A DNA stretch of 64,000 nt from the IMG/VR virus record IMGVR_UViG_3300020477_001105, positions 32,001-96,000 of that record; one strand, written 5' to 3'. The DNA comes from a virus. Made by a program: the position numbers and the translations under genes. The notes beneath the pieces were generated by a model, which worked only from the letters and a program-made list of their open reading frames with translations, was not told the origin of the DNA and searched no databases. Positions 40,006 to 49,189 of the stretch are shown piece after piece (position 1 is the stretch's first letter; each line of letters starts with the position of its first letter).

Positions 40006-41010
40006 TAGTACTCTAACTTTTAATCCCGTATGAGTGTTATCTAGAATAAACTTATACGGGATTTCGCTTATATTGAGAGCTACTGCCATATCATTGAAAT
40101 CCTTAAACCGTTTACCGTATTTCTCAGGCCATACGAAAACTCTATGACCTTGTTCCGCCAATTTCAACGTTTTACTCTTACTCGCACTATCCTGCCATTG
40201 AGAGTCTAATACCCATATCTGATCAAAGAAGTTATAGTGTGTTAATTGGTCTCTCTGCTTAGCAGATAGCGATCGATCACTGTTCTCTTGAATCCCTGCA
40301 ACAGCTGTACCATTCCTAACAAAGCACGCATCAATAGGACCTTCGAATATAAACAGATGATCAATATCTGAATTAATATTATTCAGATTAAACAGTGTCT
40401 TTTCGCTGTTAGATTTAGATAGATATTTCGGAAGAGAAGAGTTCGGAACAACAGTTCTACTCTGATAAAACGCTATGTCACCTGACTGGTCATAAAATGG
40501 AATAACTAGTCTATTTTTATGTGTAAAGTCTGTTAAGCTGACGTATAATGACTTAGGTCTATTGACTGCACTATGTAAACGTCTGCTGTGAATTAACTCT
40601 AAGCACATCTTTACAGGTTCATTATCTTTATGGTACTCGACTTGATGTTCATCAAATAAATTGATAGAGTCATGAGGTAATATTTCTGTACTATAATTAG
40701 TGCGGGTATACTTATCTTCAGAAACATCTTCAGGTATTAAATCATAATCTTTCGCTTCATTCATTATCTCCTCATATGTGAGATGACCAACCTCCTTAAT
40801 GAACTTAATAGCATTTCCTGACCAACCACAATTATGGCAATATATAGTACCAGATTTTACGATGTAGTATAGCCGGCGCTTTCTTCCCCAGCTCTTCCCC
40901 TCTTTGCACATAGGGCAACCACCTTCATACACATTAGTTGAGCGCTTAAACTTAACGTAACCGGCTAATTGATGAAACTTTTGAGCAATATAGTCTTCTG
41001 GTAGGACCAT
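39991..41010 (-). CDS. DNA primase (T4 gp61-like)
   Basis: CPMC...YCHNCG zinc finger, RLVIPF, YQSR, PKY, TOPRIM FEGPID, KDFND. Confidence 0.93.
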   Translation of the reverse strand: MVLPEDYIAQKFHQLAGYVKFKRSTNVYEGGCPMCKEGKSWGRKRRLYYIVKSGTIYCHNCGWSGNAIKFIKEVGHLTYEEIMNEAKDYDLIPEDVSEDKYTRTNYSTEILPHDSINLFDEHQVEYHKDNEPVKMCLELIHSRRLHSAVNRPKSLYVSLTDFTHKNRLVIPFYDQSGDIAFYQSRTVVPNSSLPKYLSKSNSEKTLFNLNNINSDIDHLFIFEGPIDACFVRNGTAVAGIQENSDRSLSAKQRDQLTHYNFFDQIWVLDSQWQDSASKSKTLKLAEQGHRVFVWPEKYGKRFKDFNDMAVALNISEIPYKFILDNTHTGLKVRVLLNVT

Positions 41011-41047
41011 GAAGATATTATAGTATCAAGATGTGAGAAAACTACTT

Positions 41048-41425
41048 TTAATGCTTATGCTTACGACCTTCAACCATTACTAGATCTTTGGCAGGAATAT
41101 TCTTCTCAATACCATTGTCCCACTGAACATCATAGTATTCAACTTCACCTTGTTCATTAATAGTATGGTGAGTGACTGTCCCTACAGATTCTTTTTTAGC
41201 GTCAGACCGACGCTTTCGAACTGTTTTCCATCAGTCGTGAGATTTGTGAGAATTATCTTTGGCCTTCTCCTCGACAATGCCTTTCTGGATAAATTGTCCA
41301 GTAGACGGGCAGTACCAATGAGCTTCAACAACAACACGGTCGTAGTACTCGATAGTTCTCAACTTAGGAGTAGAATATTCTCCTGTAAAGGGAGACATAA
41401 TTTTCTTTGGTTGTACGAAATCCAT
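41048..41425 (-). CDS. Predicted phage selenoprotein, 125 aa, Sec65 encoded by in-frame UGA at 41231-41233
   Basis: MDFVQPKK...NSHKSHD-[UGA]-WKTVRKRRSDAKKESVGTVTHHTINEQGEVEYYDVQWDNGIEKNIPAKDLVMVEGRKHKH-TAA. SECIS-like hairpin follows the UGA. CATAAATA late promoter at 41432-41439. Confidence 0.8.
41184..41224 (-). promoter_or_regulatory. Bacterial-type SECIS element
   Basis: Upper stem AGCGUC-[GGUCU]-GACGCU (41214-41198), with the loop starting 22 nt after the UGA. Lower stem ACAG-UUC / GAA-U-CUGU. Confidence 0.8.
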
Positions 41426-41430
41426 TTTAA

Positions 41431-41793
41431 TTATTTATGCTTTTTGTTATTTTTTCTATACTGTGCCTGGCATACCATATACACATCGGTAGGTAATGGT
41501 TCAATCTCTTCTAATATTTCATTCTGCAATCCATACTCTACATCACTGCGCGGCACTGATCTAACGTGTAAATCCGGTAAAGATAGAAACATATATTGAT
41601 CCTTTCGCTTCTCCATTAAAACAAAGAACTCTCCTCTATAATCACCATGAGCAACAGCATAAACTGTCCGTTCTTTTATACTACCCTTATCGGTACCACT
41701 GGATGGTTTGTTCCAAGCCTTCTTTAAAGTCTTTATAATCGATTTTAGCAATTGAATTAAGTTTATCTGAGTTAATTGAGTACCTAAAGTCAT
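41431..41793 (-). CDS. Hypothetical protein (start uncertain, overlaps the 3' end of rmlB)
   Basis: C-terminal ~85 aa fill the intergenic gap. Possible TTG start near 41752. Confidence 0.55.
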   Translation of the reverse strand: MTLGTQLTQINLIQLLKSIIKTLKKAWNKPSSGTDKGSIKERTVYAVAHGDYRGEFFVLMEKRKDQYMFLSLPDLHVRSVPRSDVEYGLQNEILEEIEPLPTDVYMVCQAQYRKNNKKHK

Positions 41794-42631
41794 GACCTAG
41801 CCTATCATCTACAAACTCAATCAAATCATGAGGTTTTCCGACAATATCTAAGATCAATTTGACCATCTCTATATTCTGAATCTCTTTTCCAGATCCAATA
41901 TTATATACTTCTCCCGCTTGACCGTTTTTATATACTTCATATATAGCCTTGCAGTGATCTTCTACGTAAATCCATTCTCTAACATTCTCACCCTTACCGT
42001 AGACAGGAATAGGTTTATCGTTTAATGCATTAGAAATAACTTTAGGAACTAGCTTCTCATCGTGCTGTCTGGGTCCATAATTATTACAGCATCTAGTAGT
42101 TACTACGTCTAACCCGAAAGTCTTATTAAACGATCTAACGATTAAATCCGCTGATGCCTTTGATGCCGAATAAACATTATTAGGTTCTAGAGGGTTACTC
42201 TCTTTAAATGACGGGTCGTCTAAGCCTAATGCACCATATACTTCATCGGTTGATACATGAACAAACCTAGGCACATTATACTCTCTCGCTTTTTGTAAAA
42301 GATTAAACGTTCCATATACATTAGCATCGATAAAAATCTCCGGACCAGTGATACTATTATCTACGTGGCTCTCAGCGGCAAAGTGAAATATAGCCTTCAC
42401 ATTCTCACCATTAAGTGCATCGGCTATGACGCTCTTACTAGTAGCTAAATCACAACACGTAACAACAACCCTGTTATCTTTATAATTTTTTTGTAAGATG
42501 TTACCGATATCAGCAGCATATGTCATCTTGTCGAGCACATGAACAGTACCATCCGTATGGTCACACAAGTAATTGACAAAATTACTCCCGATAAAACCAC
42601 AACCACCTGTTACGATATAATCACGCGTCAT
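41687..42631 (-). CDS. rmlB: dTDP-glucose 4,6-dehydratase
   Basis: VTGGCGFIGSNF, LDKMTYA, HFAAESHVDNSI, VSTDEVYG, YSASK, NNYGP, DRLGHDFRY. Confidence 0.95.
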   Translation of the reverse strand: MTRDYIVTGGCGFIGSNFVNYLCDHTDGTVHVLDKMTYAADIGNILQKNYKDNRVVVTCCDLATSKSVIADALNGENVKAIFHFAAESHVDNSITGPEIFIDANVYGTFNLLQKAREYNVPRFVHVSTDEVYGALGLDDPSFKESNPLEPNNVYSASKASADLIVRSFNKTFGLDVVTTRCCNNYGPRQHDEKLVPKVISNALNDKPIPVYGKGENVREWIYVEDHCKAIYEVYKNGQAGEVYNIGSGKEIQNIEMVKLILDIVGKPHDLIEFVDDRLGHDFRYSINSDKLNSIAKIDYKDFKEGLEQTIQWYR

Positions 42632-43520
42632 ATTTTCTCTCCAAATATGTTCTATATTGACAATTAGGCAGTGAAGAGATTACATTACAAAATTGGTTAT
42701 AGCTAATAAATTCTTTTTTATAGGCGATCTCCTCAACACAACCAATCATCAACCCTGTTCTAGATTGAATGGATTTTACAAACATCGACGCTTCGAACAT
42801 AGCTTCTGGTGCACCGGTATCAAACCAAGCAGCGCTATCTCTAAGCAACTTAACCTTTAGTTTTTTATCCTTGATGTAAAGGTTATTTAAATCCGTAATT
42901 TCAAGTTCACCTCTAGGTGAGGGTTTAAGAGAGCGTGCCTTGCTCACAGCAGAAGAATCATAAAAATATAACCCTGGTACGGCATAATTAGACTTAGGGT
43001 TTGCTGGTTTCTCCTCAATACCTTTAACTCTAACATTTCTCTCATACATGTCAGATGGTCGCTCAAAATCGACAACACCGTATTCTTCCGGGTTAGCCAC
43101 CCTATATCCGAACACGCAATTTTCATTCATCTTACTAATGTACATTAAGTCCTTATAGAAATCCTCTCCGTAAAAGATATTATCACCCAGTGCTAATGCA
43201 CACGGGTCACCTTTAAGAAATCCAACGTTCTCAGCAATTAAAAATGCTTCTGCAATGCCATTAGGTACGTCTTGTGTTGCGTACTCAATATTCATACCCC
43301 AGTCATTACCATTACCCAGAGTGCTATTAAACTGTAATATCTGATCAGGCGATGATATAATTAATACATCTCTGATGACAGCTGACATCAAGGACGCTAG
43401 CGGATAATAAATCATAGGCTTATCATACACTGGCAATAGCTGCTTATTGACACCAGCGGTCATAGGATACAACCTCGTACCCTTTCCGCCTGCTAGAATG
43501 ATTCCTTTTCTGTAACCCAT
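42621..43520 (-). CDS. rmlA: Glucose-1-phosphate thymidylyltransferase
   Basis: GIILAGGKGTRLYP, KQLLPVYDKPMIYYP, LGDNIFYG, EEKP, RGELEITD, WFDTG. Confidence 0.96.
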   Translation of the reverse strand: MGYRKGIILAGGKGTRLYPMTAGVNKQLLPVYDKPMIYYPLASLMSAVIRDVLIISSPDQILQFNSTLGNGNDWGMNIEYATQDVPNGIAEAFLIAENVGFLKGDPCALALGDNIFYGEDFYKDLMYISKMNENCVFGYRVANPEEYGVVDFERPSDMYERNVRVKGIEEKPANPKSNYAVPGLYFYDSSAVSKARSLKPSPRGELEITDLNNLYIKDKKLKVKLLRDSAAWFDTGAPEAMFEASMFVKSIQSRTGLMIGCVEEIAYKKEFISYNQFCNVISSLPNCQYRTYLERKYDA

Positions 43521-43521
43521 T

Positions 43522-44427
43522 TTAAAATGTTCCTACACCACCGATACCATATTTTAATTCCATATCATACTTCATGCCCATAACACACTGATTTAGAGCA
43601 TACTGTACTGATGGGAGTTTAATTCCGTATTTAGATAGTTTATCAGTGCTAAGTGTACAATTAGACCGCTTACATGCTAAATCTAAATCTTGCTCTTTGA
43701 CTTTAGTCCAATCTGCATACCCCATTCCATGCTTTCTTAAAACATCCAATATACCGTGAATATTAATCTTACCTTCATTGACTACATTGAAAATACCGGG
43801 TGGAATTTCGTGCCTATTTTCACATATCTTCTCTACAACCGTACACAAGTCTTCTACTCGCGTAATAGAGTTAACAGCGTCAATAACACGCTTGTATTTT
43901 CTCAATTTCACTAGTAGATTCTTATCGTGATCCTTACCGATAACAGGCATTCGAATTCTTAACGTGTAGCAATCCATGTCCTTTAAAAGTAGCTCACCGG
44001 CATGTTTCGAGCGACTGTAAAAACTGCTGTCGTTATTATATACACCGAAATTAGGTACATCTTCCTCAGTAAAGTCTTGGTCTCCTTGATAGATACACCC
44101 GCTAGAAATATGAATTACAGGTGTTCCGAAGTGTTCATTAATAAGGCGAGTTGTTCTAGCAGGAGCTACTACGTTGTATAACCAGCAATCTTCTTTATTA
44201 GATTCACAACCATCAACATTTGGGGAACCTGTATACCCGGAACAATTCACTACCACATCATAAGCAGGATTGGCTTCACTTAGAAAATGTCTGAGAGATT
44301 TAGCACCATTACCAGTCAAAGCGTAATCAACATCTCTTTGTGTGATTAAATCCGTGTTATGGTAGTCTGATAAATGACGGTGTACGGCCTGGCCGATGAA
44401 TCCTCCACCTAATACTAATAACTTCAT
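43522..44427 (-). CDS. RmlD-like SDR, probably the bifunctional NDP-4-keto-6-deoxyglucose epimerase/reductase (NRS/ER) type
   Basis: GGGFIG, GYTGSPNVDGCE, ISSGCIY, FTEEDVPNF, SFYSRSK, LRIRMP, KRSNCTL. Confidence 0.8.
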   Translation of the reverse strand: MKLLVLGGGFIGQAVHRHLSDYHNTDLITQRDVDYALTGNGAKSLRHFLSEANPAYDVVVNCSGYTGSPNVDGCESNKEDCWLYNVVAPARTTRLINEHFGTPVIHISSGCIYQGDQDFTEEDVPNFGVYNNDSSFYSRSKHAGELLLKDMDCYTLRIRMPVIGKDHDKNLLVKLRKYKRVIDAVNSITRVEDLCTVVEKICENRHEIPPGIFNVVNEGKINIHGILDVLRKHGMGYADWTKVKEQDLDLACKRSNCTLSTDKLSKYGIKLPSVQYALNQCVMGMKYDMELKYGIGGVGTF

Positions 44428-44443
44428 GCTATAATATTAACAC

Positions 44444-44863
44444 CTATAGTTCGAATTCTCCACCCGGAGGGAAGGGCGGAGGCTTGGCCATAGAAAATAC
44501 ATACTTCTGAAGAGCGACACTCAAAGCATCGTAATCCTTGTCAGTCTTACCTTGAGTTACCTGTACTAGCTCACCATCCATGTCATAACCTAGCACAATA
44601 TATGCAGACATATATTCATCTATTAGACTACATAATTGCTTTTTATTTTTCCTTCTACGACGACCAGCTGAATCTTCTAATCCAAAAAATAATGCTTCTA
44701 GACCCTTACTTATACCTTCCGGCTTATACTGGCCATTGTTATTACCACTAACCTTTTTAGAAGCTGATTTCTTAGCAGCTGGCTTTTTTGGTGCTACTTT
44801 CTTACGGGTACGCTTAGCCGGCTTTTTAGGCTCGTCTGGTTCAGGATGATCGCTTTTTACCAT
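44444..44863 (-). CDS. Hypothetical late protein with histone-H1-like K/A/P-rich N-terminus
   Basis: PKKPAKRTRKKVAPKKPAAKKSASKK. ACTAAATA 6 nt upstream. Confidence 0.6.
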   Translation of the reverse strand: MVKSDHPEPDEPKKPAKRTRKKVAPKKPAAKKSASKKVSGNNNGQYKPEGISKGLEALFFGLEDSAGRRRRKNKKQLCSLIDEYMSAYIVLGYDMDGELVQVTQGKTDKDYDALSVALQKYVFSMAKPPPFPPGGEFEL

Positions 44864-45194
44864 TTGAATTATTTAGTGTAGATTCTCGACCGATAACGTT
44901 ATATTCGGCTAAATAGCTTATAACAACTTCCATGGAGTCAGTACTAACTTTAAAATTCTTAGGCAGTGATTTACCACCATCATTGAATTCATATAACCCT
45001 CTACCACTAAACTCCTCGTCCTTATAGCATGTGACAAAAACAGATTCATGATAAGGGTTTAGCATAACAGTCCATCTTCTATCATCTTCATCCCCATATC
45101 TATCAAATAATCTGCACGCATAATAGCCGTTATCTCTAAGCCTCTTGAGAAAGTAGCTTTGATTTGTTATTTTATTTTTAGGCATGGTCTTCAC
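44841..45194 (-). CDS. Hypothetical protein
   Basis: Coupled to the clamp gene. Confidence 0.55.
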   Translation of the reverse strand: MKTMPKNKITNQSYFLKRLRDNGYYACRLFDRYGDEDDRRWTVMLNPYHESVFVTCYKDEEFSGRGLYEFNDGGKSLPKNFKVSTDSMEVVISYLAEYNVIGRESTLNNSNGKKRSS

Positions 45195-45934
45195 TTACTC
45201 AATCCAGATACGATATATGTCATCTTTACATCATTAGTATTAACCTCGAAAGTAAGGACATTCAACTCAGTATTAACATATACGGCAACCTCTTCACATC
45301 TAGTTCCTGCCAATACACGAATTGTTTCAAAGCTTATAGGTAGCGGTTCAGTTATCTCGTCACCATATATGCCATTACACAATTTCATACAAAAGCTATC
45401 AACGTTATGACGCTCTTTATCGTCAATCTCTGCATATACTTCACCATTCTTTGAGAACAGATACACTTTATTGATATCTAAGGCAAATGATCCATTCTTA
45501 ATCAAATTTATCAATGATGTATAAGGTACTTTAAATGAAGCGTTGTAATTCTTAACAGTCTGCTTAATCTTATCAACACTAACCGGTGGGGCGGACAGAA
45601 TACCATCATCTAATAAATGATATTTAAATCTTACGTCACTAGAACTATACTTGATGTGGTTAGATTCAAGTTCTAAAGATATATTATCCTTTTCAATGCA
45701 TTGCAGAATCTTAATCAACCTATTAAGATCTGGTAAGTTGAAGATATGAGTGCCCTCTACTTCTTCACACTCTACATCATACTGACCATATAAAATAACA
45801 GTATTATCAGCTGCTGACATAAGAGTACTAAACCCTTTATTAGTCAATTTAAGAATACAGCTATCGTTAATCTTACTAACAGGGCTTAGAAACTTATTAA
45901 CGAAGTCAGGCTTATTTCTTATCTTTAGGATCAT
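45191..45934 (-). CDS. Sliding clamp (T4 gp45/PCNA-like)
   Basis: 247 aa with a clamp-like two-domain pattern (FNLPDLNRLIKIL, RFKYHLLD). Replication-operon context. Confidence 0.7.
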   Translation of the reverse strand: MILKIRNKPDFVNKFLSPVSKINDSCILKLTNKGFSTLMSAADNTVILYGQYDVECEEVEGTHIFNLPDLNRLIKILQCIEKDNISLELESNHIKYSSSDVRFKYHLLDDGILSAPPVSVDKIKQTVKNYNASFKVPYTSLINLIKNGSFALDINKVYLFSKNGEVYAEIDDKERHNVDSFCMKLCNGIYGDEITEPLPISFETIRVLAGTRCEEVAVYVNTELNVLTFEVNTNDVKMTYIVSGLSK

Positions 45935-46406
45935 CTAATCTAAGTGTAATCTGTTTTACACGACCTTCAACACCTTTTTCCATGAACTTACTAAACTTTT
46001 TATCTAAGGCTCCAAGCTTAGTCAGTGTATCACTGATGTCACTTAATGTCTTTTCAATATTAGTCAGTCTTTCCTCTACGTTTGGAGGTAGTGTAATATG
46101 AGCCTGCACGGCCTGTTGCGGTGGTGCGACATATTGCACTTGCTGCGGTGGTGCAGCCTGAGGAATCATGTCTTGAGGGTTTACATATTGTGGTTGTGGT
46201 TGTGGTTGAGATGGTGGAGGAGGTGGCAGTGCTCCCTCAGCCTGTGCTTGCTGTACATGTGTCTTCAGAAAGGACTTAGCATCAAAATTACCTGCCTTAA
46301 GGCTTTCCGCCTCGGAGACCATATTTTCTTTCTGCTCATTAACAAACGCATTAGTGTGCGCTGCTAATGCCGCCACAGCCTCTAAGTCTTTCAGTGGATC
46401 CCCCAT
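45912..46406 (-). CDS. Hypothetical protein with P/Q-rich linker and coiled coil
   Basis: PPPPPSQPQPQPQ. Lies between gp32 and the clamp. Confidence 0.55.
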   Translation of the reverse strand: MGDPLKDLEAVAALAAHTNAFVNEQKENMVSEAESLKAGNFDAKSFLKTHVQQAQAEGALPPPPPSQPQPQPQYVNPQDMIPQAAPPQQVQYVAPPQQAVQAHITLPPNVEERLTNIEKTLSDISDTLTKLGALDKKFSKFMEKGVEGRVKQITLRLDDPKDKK

Positions 46407-46409
46407 GTA

Positions 46410-47270
46410 TTAGTCTCCTAATCCATCGAGTAGCTCTTTGACCTTGTCATCATCCAGCGGATCGACTTCAACCTCATCAGGTACACTTACTGTCTCAGCC
46501 TTTACAGTTTTTCTAGGCTTTTCCTCTTTAGGTTCAGGGTTCCAGGCTTCCTCGACACCTCCCTTCTTGCAATGAAAGTGCTCGTCAAGCATAGCCTTGA
46601 GCTCATCACTACTCTTAATAGTAAATACAGTCTCAAGATCATGAGCTCCACGGTACACCTTATCGATATCATCTTCTTCCAGATTAATATCAGATGGAGG
46701 AGCGAACCTAGATGATACATACGTCGGATATTCCCCCTGTCTCTCTACTTTAATCTTAAAGCTACAACCCTTAGAGGATAAATCAAAAATTCTAGGACCG
46801 AAATCATCAGCATCCTCACCCTCAATCGCTTCTACGATAATCTTATGTAGTTGTCTACCAAAGCGCAACAGCTTAACTTGACCGTTATTGTCAGGATTGC
46901 GAGGATCATCAACAACATATACGTTCGCTAACCAATTTTCACGACGAAGAATTTTCTCAGCCTTAGACTTCTCTTCATCAGTACCATGCTTCAGCAACGA
47001 GTACTTAGCAGTTGCAATAGGATCGGTCTCACCGAACGTTTGTGGGCTCACTGCGGAAATAAACTGGCCAGTGGCGAAACTCTCCCAAGAATGAGAGTAA
47101 TAGTTAAAAAACGTCTTTCCGGGGTCTTCGATATTAGGAACAAACCTAACAACATAAGTATTACCGGGCTCGAGTCTCATAATCTCCTTATAAGTGCTAT
47201 TCGAAGAAGTAGTCTTAGTCATGGCACTCTTAATTTGATCAAACATGCTTTGTGTGTATGTAGTTGACAT
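46410..47270 (-). CDS. ssDNA-binding protein (T4 gp32-like)
   Basis: VVRFVP, WLANVYVVDDPRNPDNNGQVKLLRFG, IFDL, YPTYVSSRF, acidic C-terminus. Confidence 0.88.
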   Translation of the reverse strand: MSTTYTQSMFDQIKSAMTKTTSSNSTYKEIMRLEPGNTYVVRFVPNIEDPGKTFFNYYSHSWESFATGQFISAVSPQTFGETDPIATAKYSLLKHGTDEEKSKAEKILRRENWLANVYVVDDPRNPDNNGQVKLLRFGRQLHKIIVEAIEGEDADDFGPRIFDLSSKGCSFKIKVERQGEYPTYVSSRFAPPSDINLEEDDIDKVYRGAHDLETVFTIKSSDELKAMLDEHFHCKKGGVEEAWNPEPKEEKPRKTVKAETVSVPDEVEVDPLDDDKVKELLDGLGD

Positions 47271-47277
47271 ATTAGTA

Positions 47278-47961
47278 TTATTGATTTTCTTTATTTTGAT
47301 TTATTATAGTATCTTCTTTGTGTTTAAGCAACAGTTTTTTAATCTGATTAGCACATTGTTTGGCAATCCTTTTAGCCTTTTTCGAGCTGTAAAATCTAGT
47401 TCGATGCAAAGGCACATCTGATGCATACTTACCAATAGTAAACTCTAATCTGTCATTATCAACTGTTGAAATTATATTTTCGAAATCATCTATTCCGAAT
47501 AGCGCTGCTATGTAGACGTCGTGATTCCGTATATGTAAAATGAACGTGTTCAAGTCGTTAGTCATATGCTGCAAATATTCGTCTAGACACATATTATTCT
47601 GTTTGCAAAACTTAAAAATATACATATATGTATTTTTTATATCTTCGATTCTGTTATCAGGAGAGGATGAATCTTGTTTTGCCATATACATAGAGTATAT
47701 TTTAATGGCTTTTGGAGAAGTGTAGAATTTTAGATCAAACTCAACATCGTCCGGGTATAGCTCATAAGGTGCATTAAAGAAGTCATTCCACTTAATGTTA
47801 GTGTGTTTGGCAAAGAGCCTAACCAATCTACGAACGTATGTATGCTTATCTGTATCTACAAAGCTATCGAAATTTTTACGAATTTTATATGGTACACCCT
47901 TTCGGGTGCGGTTAATTCTTAAATACGTGTTATACACGTTTTTTTCTTCGTTTGTTACCAC
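47278..47961 (-). CDS. Hypothetical replication-module protein (possibly gp59 helicase-loader-like)
   Basis: Directly upstream of gp32 as in T4. Basic and aromatic-rich. Evidence is positional only. Confidence 0.4.
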   Translation of the reverse strand: MVTNEEKNVYNTYLRINRTRKGVPYKIRKNFDSFVDTDKHTYVRRLVRLFAKHTNIKWNDFFNAPYELYPDDVEFDLKFYTSPKAIKIYSMYMAKQDSSSPDNRIEDIKNTYMYIFKFCKQNNMCLDEYLQHMTNDLNTFILHIRNHDVYIAALFGIDDFENIISTVDNDRLEFTIGKYASDVPLHRTRFYSSKKAKRIAKQCANQIKKLLLKHKEDTIINQNKENQ

Positions 47962-48259
47962 GTTTTTTTGGTGTCTTATATGTTGCGTTAAGATATTTTT
48001 TGATGTACTTACTCTTATGCAAAGAACTATCGTAATCTAGAAACGATTTAAATGCTTCATAGTCGGTATCAAAATCAGCCATATCCTTATACAGCTTTTT
48101 TACTTTATCTTCCTTCAACAATAATAAGAAAATATTTGGTAAATTCAACTTTTTATTATGAACTATGCACAAAAACGAACAAAAATTGAGAAATAAATCC
48201 TTGAGCTCTTCCTCACATACACGCACGCTAGGGTTTGGATTTATCGATGAAGGTTTCAT
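47930..48259 (-). CDS. Hypothetical protein
   Basis: Coupled ORF with a basic tail. Confidence 0.5.
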   Translation of the reverse strand: MKPSSINPNPSVRVCEEELKDLFLNFCSFLCIVHNKKLNLPNIFLLLLKEDKVKKLYKDMADFDTDYEAFKSFLDYDSSLHKSKYIKKYLNATYKTPKKRGNKRRKKRV

Positions 48260-49179
48260 GGTACTGGTTTAAACAATTTAGTAAACTGTAAAAATTTACT
48301 ACCGATCGACCCACCGGCTGCATATTTGTGTCCACCTCCTTCATCTGACAATTTTTGAGCTAATTGTGATAGGTCTAAATCCACGCTTTTATTCTTCCTA
48401 AAACTAACCTTATTAGATTTTAAATTTACAACAAGACCTACGTCAGCTCTGTTGTCTTTAATAATATGTTCCGCAACTTCGTTTATACAATCACTGGCGA
48501 AAGTAGAAACGAACTTATACGTTTTCTTTTTAATAGGTATGTCTGCAGCGTGTATTTGCAATTCCGACTTTATAGAGTTTAACTTATTATGATAGAATTG
48601 TATGATAGCATTTTGGTCTTTAGTGAACCCGCTAAACCCGTCACCGAAGTCATTTATAAATTTACGTAGCCTGTCACCTTGGTAGTTTCTAAACAAAAAA
48701 TTTAACGATAGTGTATCTTTCAGAGCTAATTTATAGCAATCATAATCATCGGCTAATAGTAATAAGTGCTTTTGCTGGTCAGTCAATTTATTATCAACTT
48801 TTTTATGTAGAAGATTGTATATATGCTTACAGCAGCTAGATTGCTCATTAATAAACGTCTTAGCCTTCTTATACTTATGCTTATTCTCTACGTGGGAAGT
48901 ATGATGGTCTATAATTACAACGTTCGGTAGATCAATTAGGTCTATGCAGTCCGATGTGTCTAAATCAAACACATATATTTGATCGTATTTTTTAGGGTTA
49001 TTAGTTTTTAGCCAATTTGAAAACGCGGGCCTGCAATCATTAACTCTGACCGTAGAATACGGTATATCACTATGACCGGTTAACCAGCTAAACACCAGAT
49101 AACTCATAGACCCGTCCAAATCTATATCTGTAAAGACAAACTTTTTCTTCAAGAGAAAAGTATTTACATCCAAATCCAC
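48256..49179 (-). CDS. DHH/DHHA1 phosphoesterase
   Basis: DIDLDG, VFDL, IIDHH, SFR, GGGHKYAAG. Confidence 0.9.
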   Translation of the reverse strand: MDLDVNTFLLKKKFVFTDIDLDGSMSYLVFSWLTGHSDIPYSTVRVNDCRPAFSNWLKTNNPKKYDQIYVFDLDTSDCIDLIDLPNVVIIDHHTSHVENKHKYKKAKTFINEQSSCCKHIYNLLHKKVDNKLTDQQKHLLLLADDYDCYKLALKDTLSLNFLFRNYQGDRLRKFINDFGDGFSGFTKDQNAIIQFYHNKLNSIKSELQIHAADIPIKKKTYKFVSTFASDCINEVAEHIIKDNRADVGLVVNLKSNKVSFRKNKSVDLDLSQLAQKLSDEGGGHKYAAGGSIGSKFLQFTKLFKPVP

Positions 49180-49189
49180 AATATTACAG

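Noticed and set aside
41202-41231. ATG overlapping the UGA as a re-initiation site for the downstream segment
   Set aside because: It is in a different frame and gives only MENSSKASV before a stop.
33738-44427. Host chromosomal contamination explaining the metabolic genes
   Set aside because: They are interleaved and translationally coupled with phage genes and share the same promoter style and composition.
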